64,000 nt of DNA, from assembly GCA_044507735.1 (NCBI GenBank), contig JBIQJB010000001.1, positions 220,579-284,578 of the forward strand, written 5' to 3'. The notes beneath the pieces were generated by a model. It was not told the DNA's origin and searched no databases. It saw only the letters and a program-made list of their open reading frames with translations. Below are positions 58,773-64,000 of this stretch, in pieces. The translations under genes and the position numbers were made by a program. The stretch's first letter is position 1; every line of letters begins with the position of its first letter. The DNA comes from Nitrosopumilales archaeon (GTDB taxonomy: Archaea > Thermoproteota > Nitrososphaeria > Nitrososphaerales > Nitrososphaeraceae).

Positions 58773-60290
58773 ATGTTTGACAAGCTGAAAAAGGCCTTTT
58801 CCAGTGCAGCAAAAAGCATCGGTCAGAAAGAGCTCACAGAAAAAGTTCTGGATGATGCGCTACTTGACCTACAAATTGCGCTCTTGGAAAGTGATGTGGC
58901 ACAGGAAGTTGTAGAGGAGCTCTCGACAAACCTAAAGAAGGAACTGCTCGGTCTGAAACTGGACAAGAACCAGGATGCAACGCAAATAGTCCAGTCAAAA
59001 CTGCAAGCCGCAGTCGCAGAGATTTTTGCTCGTGCTGGCAAGCTCGATCTGATTGAGAGGATAAAGGCGAAGAAAGAGAGCAAGGCCGGGCCCTTTATCA
59101 TCGTGTTTCTCGGCATCAATGGCACTGGCAAGACAACGACCGTTGCCAAGGTTGCAAACCTCCTGCGCAAGGCCGGGTTCTCTGTCGTTGTGGCCGCGGG
59201 CGATACGCACAGAGCCGGGGCCATAGAACAGCTAGAGCAGCACACCACCCGACTGTCTCTGAAAATAGTCAAGCAGCGTTATGGAGCCGACCCGTCATCT
59301 GTGGGTCGTGATGCGTACGAACACGCAAAAAAGAACTACATTGACGTGGTCTTGATGGACACGGCCGGAAGGATGCAGACGTCCAAGAACCTGATGGACG
59401 AGATGGGCAAGATCGTAAGGGTGGTCAAGCCGGATCTCAAGCTATTCGTTGGCGATTCTCTTGCCGGCAACGACACCATAAATCAGGCGAGAGAGTTTTT
59501 CCAGTATACAAATTTTGATGGGGCAATACTGACAAAAATAGACGCAGACGCAAAGGGCGGAGCTGCGATGTCGATTGCACACATTACATCAAAACCGATA
59601 ATTTTTGTAGGTGTCGGGCAGGGTTATGATGACATCATCCCATTTGATCCTGACAAATTCATCGAATCCATGTTCGGAAGCGTGGGTGAGGTAAGTGTCG
59701 AGAGCCTGATGTCTCTCCCTCGGCCAGAACCAATCGAAAAAGCGTCTCAGGATAAAGACTTACCAAGAGTCGAAGAGGAGAGGGAGGAAGAAAAACCTGC
59801 TGCTCCTTCGCCAAAACCTGTGGAGCAGCCACGCCCCGCCATTGTGGCTCCGAGTGTGCCAGAGACAAAGCCCTTTGAAGAAAAAGAAAGTTCCACTCAT
59901 GTGCCGGTCGTGCAGGAGGAACCAAAACCTGCAACCACGAAAGAGCACATTCCTCAGCCTCCTTCACAGCAACAAGAACCAGTGGAACCCTCACCGGCCA
60001 AAGTTGAAGAACCAAAGGAAAAGAAGGGAAGGTTCGGAGGGCTCTTTGGCAGGAAAAAGAGTGATGAGGAACGCAAGAGGGAGGAAGCAGAAAAACGCAG
60101 GCGTGAAGAAGAAGAGCGTGTCAGGGAAGAGGAGGAAAGGTCTAGGCTGGAGGAAGAAGAGCGCCAACGGAGGGAGAAAGAAGAGGAAGAGAAAAAGAAG
60201 AAGAAGAGCAAAGAAGATAAAGAGACGGATGAACAGGAAGACAAGGTAATATATCTAACAGATGAAGACATTGAAGACCTCCTTAAGTAA
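58773..60290 (+). CDS. ftsY: SRP receptor FtsY with long C-terminal extension
   Basis: LLESDV, GINGTGKTT, DTHRAGA, DTAGR, TKIDADAKGG, GVGQGYDD. Confidence 0.96.
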   Translation: MFDKLKKAFSSAAKSIGQKELTEKVLDDALLDLQIALLESDVAQEVVEELSTNLKKELLGLKLDKNQDATQIVQSKLQAAVAEIFARAGKLDLIERIKAKKESKAGPFIIVFLGINGTGKTTTVAKVANLLRKAGFSVVVAAGDTHRAGAIEQLEQHTTRLSLKIVKQRYGADPSSVGRDAYEHAKKNYIDVVLMDTAGRMQTSKNLMDEMGKIVRVVKPDLKLFVGDSLAGNDTINQAREFFQYTNFDGAILTKIDADAKGGAAMSIAHITSKPIIFVGVGQGYDDIIPFDPDKFIESMFGSVGEVSVESLMSLPRPEPIEKASQDKDLPRVEEEREEEKPAAPSPKPVEQPRPAIVAPSVPETKPFEEKESSTHVPVVQEEPKPATTKEHIPQPPSQQQEPVEPSPAKVEEPKEKKGRFGGLFGRKKSDEERKREEAEKRRREEEERVREEEERSRLEEEERQRREKEEEEKKKKKSKEDKETDEQEDKVIYLTDEDIEDLLK

Positions 60291-61218
60291 AAAAGACATT
60301 CTCAGTATTGCGGATCTGAGTGCTCACGAAATCAGCGTGATTCTGTCTCTGGCCGGCAAGCTCAAGCGCGAGCAAGAGAGCGGCAAGGCGCGACCACTCC
60401 TGCGTGGGAAAACACTTGGCATGATATTCCAAAAGCCGTCTACGCGTACCCGGGTCAGTTTTGAAGTTGGCATGTACCAGCTTGGCGGCGAGGCTGTTTA
60501 CCTAAGTGCAAGCGACATCCAGCTTTCTCGTGGGGAGACGATAGAAGACACTGCCAAGACGCTTTCGCTGTACCTGGACTGCATGATGGCGCGTGTCTAT
60601 GATCACAAGGATGTCCAGACGCTCGCCAACTATGCTTCCATTCCTGTGATAAACGGCCTTTCGGATGCTTTCCACCCTTGCCAGATTCTGGCTGACCTTA
60701 TGACCATCCAAGAGCATAAGAAAAAGCTGAAAGGACTGAGCCTCGCATGGCTGGGCGATGGCAACAATGTGTGTAATGACCTCTTGCTTGGCTGTGCCAA
60801 GACGGGGATCAGCATGACAGTAGCGTGCCCAAAGGGATACGAACCACTTGAAGAAGTAGTCAAGCTAGCAAAAGAAGAAGGCAAGAGAAGCGGGGCAGAT
60901 ATTGCGATAACTCAAGATCCAGCCGCTGCAGCGAAAGACGTTGATATTGTGGTTACAGACACGTTCATATCCATAGGAAGGGAAGGCGAGCGCGCCACGA
61001 GGGAATCTGCGTTTCTCCCAAAATATCGTGTCAACTCTGAAATCATGAAGCTGGCAAAAAAAGATGCAATTTTCATGCACTGCCTCCCGGCAAAGCGCGG
61101 CTTGGAAGTAACGGCTGACGTTATAGACAGTGATTCCTCAGTGGTATGGATGGAGGCTGAAAACAGGTTGCATGCACAGAAGGCGCTACTCTGTCTTCTC
61201 ATGAAGGCTTTAGGCTAG
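60262..61218 (+). CDS. argF: Ornithine carbamoyltransferase
   Basis: FQKPSTRT, HPCQILAD, GDGNNV, FMHCLP, EAENR. Confidence 0.96.
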   Translation: MKTLKTSLSKKDILSIADLSAHEISVILSLAGKLKREQESGKARPLLRGKTLGMIFQKPSTRTRVSFEVGMYQLGGEAVYLSASDIQLSRGETIEDTAKTLSLYLDCMMARVYDHKDVQTLANYASIPVINGLSDAFHPCQILADLMTIQEHKKKLKGLSLAWLGDGNNVCNDLLLGCAKTGISMTVACPKGYEPLEEVVKLAKEEGKRSGADIAITQDPAAAAKDVDIVVTDTFISIGREGERATRESAFLPKYRVNSEIMKLAKKDAIFMHCLPAKRGLEVTADVIDSDSSVVWMEAENRLHAQKALLCLLMKALG

Positions 61219-61892
61219 TCCTCGCCCTTTTTTGCACGGGACTTTCTTCGCTTGGTGTACCATACTCCAATGCCCGCCACAATAGCTGCGATGCAAATTA
61301 TGCTGACAATCGTGAAAGCCGTAGAAGCCTGCTCAGAAAAGCCACTCCAAGCCTCGCCAAGGTAATATCCTGCAAGAGTTAGCATAACTGACCACGCAAA
61401 CGAGCCAGCAAAAGTATAAGCGACAAATTTTGCAAGGTTCATCTTCCCAATGCCTGCGGGGATCGAGATTATTTCACGAATGCCTGGAACCATTCTCCCG
61501 GTGAATATGGCAATTGGGCCGTACTTGGCAAACCATGCTTCTGCCTTTTCAATTTCGTGCTCGCTCACCCTTACGTGCCTTCCAAACCGTACTATCGCGG
61601 CACGGCCGACTTTCATCGAGATAAAATAGATGAATATCGCGCCGACTGTCGAGCCGAGTGCGCCAGTGGCGGCCATACCAATCGCATTCTCGAGTCCAAG
61701 TCCTCTGCTCTGGGCTGTAAATCCTACAAGCGGAAAGACCACTTCGCTTGGGATCGGGGGAAAGATTACCTCAAGGAGCGCTGCCGCAAAGACCGCAGGA
61801 TATCCGTACTCGGCTATCAGGCCGGTTATTGCGTCGATTACTCCGCCAACGATCCCTGCCGACGCCAATACAATGATAATGGCAGCGCGCAT
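61215..61892 (-). CDS. DedA family membrane protein
   Basis: LEVIFPPIPSEVV...GRMVPGIREIISIPAG. Confidence 0.92.
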   Translation of the reverse strand: MRAAIIIVLASAGIVGGVIDAITGLIAEYGYPAVFAAALLEVIFPPIPSEVVFPLVGFTAQSRGLGLENAIGMAATGALGSTVGAIFIYFISMKVGRAAIVRFGRHVRVSEHEIEKAEAWFAKYGPIAIFTGRMVPGIREIISIPAGIGKMNLAKFVAYTFAGSFAWSVMLTLAGYYLGEAWSGFSEQASTAFTIVSIICIAAIVAGIGVWYTKRRKSRAKKGED

Positions 61893-61999
61893 TGCTGCTT
61901 CCTATGGATGCGGGAATATAATATGTACGTCACACACCCCCTCCCTCCCCCTAAGGTGCTGGTCTTGTTATAAGCATCTCTACTGCCTATTGTGCTGTT

Positions 62000-62209
62000 T
62001 TGACCTGCAAGAACATTTGCGTTAGGCTAGTTCCGGGTGGCGGCAGGATACAAAATCCTTACCATCAGGGGCTGAGATATTGTCGCAGGTGCGAAGTGTA
62101 CTTGAAAAGCACCAGCAGCCACTGCCCGTGTTGCGGGCTGCACCTCAGGTTCAAACCTGTGGATCCTCTTTCCAAAGAAAAGCTACGGATCTTCCTCAAG
62201 GGCGGCTGA
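62000..62209 (+). CDS. Small zinc-ribbon protein
   Basis: CKNIC...Y..G.RYCRRCE...CPCCG..LR. Confidence 0.7.
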   Translation: MTCKNICVRLVPGGGRIQNPYHQGLRYCRRCEVYLKSTSSHCPCCGLHLRFKPVDPLSKEKLRIFLKGG

Positions 62210-62211
62210 AT

Positions 62212-63342
62212 TTGCGGAGAGCTCCTTTCATCAATCTTCCCTTACACTCAGGACACGCGCCGGCATATCTTGTGCGCAGGATGATCAAGCTATCACGCGC
62301 AATGTCGAAAGTTATAATTGATGAGTACGGGCAGGCCGAATTGCTGCGACGTCTCTCTGACCCTTTGTGGTTCCAAGCATTTGGCTGCGTCCTGGGCTTT
62401 GACTGGCATTCCTCGGGTGTAACGACCGTGGTAGCCGGCGTGTTGAAGCAGGCACTAAAGGCTGATGTCCATGGTGTTTCCATTGCTGGCGGCAAGGGCA
62501 AAAAGTCAACTTCTGCAAAAACAGACATTCCTCTTATGGCACAAAACCTCGGCCTTTCCAGCGCAAAGACAGACTCGATCATCTATGCTAGCAAGATGGC
62601 AGCCAAGGTAGACAACGCTGCCGTGCAAGATGGATATTCTCTTTACCACCATGTTGTGCTGTTTGATGAACACGGCGACTGGGCCGTTGTGCAGCAGGGA
62701 ATGAACGCAGAAAATAGGATGGCGCGGCGTTACCACTGGCTTTCAGAGAGTGTTCGGAATTTTGTTGTTGAGCCACATGCGGGCATTATCAGCGATAGCA
62801 AGAATGCGAGAACACTTGATATGACTTCAGAAACATCGAAGGAAAACCAGAAGGTGTGCATTGATCTGGTCCGCGGTGATACCAACAACCTGAAATCATC
62901 AGTTTACAGACTGGCTGCGAAAGAGACGCTTGATCAGTGGGTTGGCAGTGGCGCTTGCACAACCATTGACACATCTGGATATGAGATGCCAAGGAGGCTT
63001 GACTGGGATCTATTCAGGCGGATCTATGACATCCAGCCAAGAAACTATGAAGAGCTGCTTGCTATTCCGGGAGTCGGCGGCTCAACGGTAAGGGCGCTCT
63101 CGCTGATCGCCGAGCTGATATACGGATCGAAGGCTTCCTGGGACGACCCAGTCAAATACAGCTTTGCCCACGGTGGCAAGGATGGTGTTCCCTATCCTGT
63201 GGCTAGGAAGGTCTATGATGAATCGATCCGGTACCTCTACGGCGCGATCGAAGGAGCGGAAATAGAAAGGGAAGAGCGAACAGCTGCGCTGAAAAAGCTT
63301 GCCCTGTTTTCAGAAAAGATGTTTCCAGTGAAACTAAAATAG
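62212..63342 (+). CDS. DUF763 domain protein
   Basis: LPLHSGHAP, DPLWFQAFGCVLGFDWHSSG.TT, AKVDN, WAVVQQGM, HhH PGVG, FAHGGKDG.PYPV. Confidence 0.92.
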   Translation: MRRAPFINLPLHSGHAPAYLVRRMIKLSRAMSKVIIDEYGQAELLRRLSDPLWFQAFGCVLGFDWHSSGVTTVVAGVLKQALKADVHGVSIAGGKGKKSTSAKTDIPLMAQNLGLSSAKTDSIIYASKMAAKVDNAAVQDGYSLYHHVVLFDEHGDWAVVQQGMNAENRMARRYHWLSESVRNFVVEPHAGIISDSKNARTLDMTSETSKENQKVCIDLVRGDTNNLKSSVYRLAAKETLDQWVGSGACTTIDTSGYEMPRRLDWDLFRRIYDIQPRNYEELLAIPGVGGSTVRALSLIAELIYGSKASWDDPVKYSFAHGGKDGVPYPVARKVYDESIRYLYGAIEGAEIEREERTAALKKLALFSEKMFPVKLK

Positions 63343-63363
63343 CGCCATGCTGAAGCTGTGCTC

Positions 63364-63672
63364 ATGGCAAAGGTCCTAGTTGGCAAGACTTCCGACATAG
63401 GAGCAGGTAAGGTGACTCACGTCACTGCCGGTGGCAAGGAGATACTGGTTGCAAATGTGGGAGGTCAGTATTATGCCACCAGCAACATTTGCAACCATGC
63501 TGGTGCGGAGCTACACGAAGGCGAGCTGAATGGCAAAGAGCTGAAATGTCCGTGGCATGGTGCCAAATGGGACGTCACAACAGGCAACATGATTTGGTTC
63601 CCGCAAAAGCTGAAAGATCTTGGAACATACAAGGTAACCGTCGAGAACGAGACCGTATATGTCGAAGTCTGA
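63364..63672 (+). CDS. Rieske (2Fe-2S) ferredoxin
   Basis: CNH...CPWH ligands. Confidence 0.92.
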   Translation: MAKVLVGKTSDIGAGKVTHVTAGGKEILVANVGGQYYATSNICNHAGAELHEGELNGKELKCPWHGAKWDVTTGNMIWFPQKLKDLGTYKVTVENETVYVEV

Positions 63673-64000
63673 TTTATGCAGTTATCCGCGTGTTTGGACT
63701 GCCTGAACGGTAGGCTCGGCAACTCGGGGAAAAATACAGACCAGCCATGACAATAGTCATTGCGAAAAGTTGCGTGGCTCTATAGGTGGCTCGCTCGCGT
63801 GGAGACAGCTCTGTGGTGAGCTTGATTGAAGAGAGCAGATCCTGCGACAATTGGGCGCAGGAATGCCGATTCTATGATCACAATCATTGTCTCTTATTGT
63901 TTTCACTTTTTCAGTTTTCGGCTTATAGATTTCACCTTATCCTGCAGCGTCTGGGTCTTATCGCGCCGGTCGTCTATTCTTACCGTAGTTATAACACGTT

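Overview
Chromosomal window from an ammonia-oxidising archaeon of the Nitrososphaera type (Thaumarchaeota/Nitrososphaerales). The assignment is inferred from archaeal ribosomal proteins S24e/S27ae, aEF-2, Pus10, CofE, DUF6659 and MEDS proteins, a PEF(G)-CTERM surface protein, futalosine menaquinone genes and a BHB-intron tRNA. The backbone is housekeeping: SRP54, pus10, rps27ae/rps24e, ubiD-mqnC-mqnE-mqnD, aEF-2, sufC, ChdC-like/AhbAB heme genes, cofE, leuCD, secE, trxA, alaS, leuS, pfdA, ftsY and argF. Two signals missed by the ORF track stand out. (1) An accessory island of about 6.4 kb starts at the aEF-2 stop codon. It holds three decayed casposase-type cas1 copies (two 5' fragments on +, one nearly full-length relic on -), a duplicated aEF-2 3' end/left flank, and cargo genes. 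I read this as a stack of casposon relics at the known thaumarchaeal casposon target site. (2) A 28-aa peptide ending in six consecutive Cys (26040-26126) has its own SD and TATA. It is divergent from a Cys-bearing HxlR regulator, has paired operator-like palindromes, and lies between a TauE sulfite exporter and sufC. Other observations are a tRNA-Ser(GCT) with a 59/60 intron, a nucleotidyltransferase-pseudokinase fusion, a 162-bp gene-conversion-like tract, a shared promoter palindrome on VOC/DUF1428 genes, and several sub-60-aa proteins. All calls come from manual reading and recalled family motifs; no searches were run.
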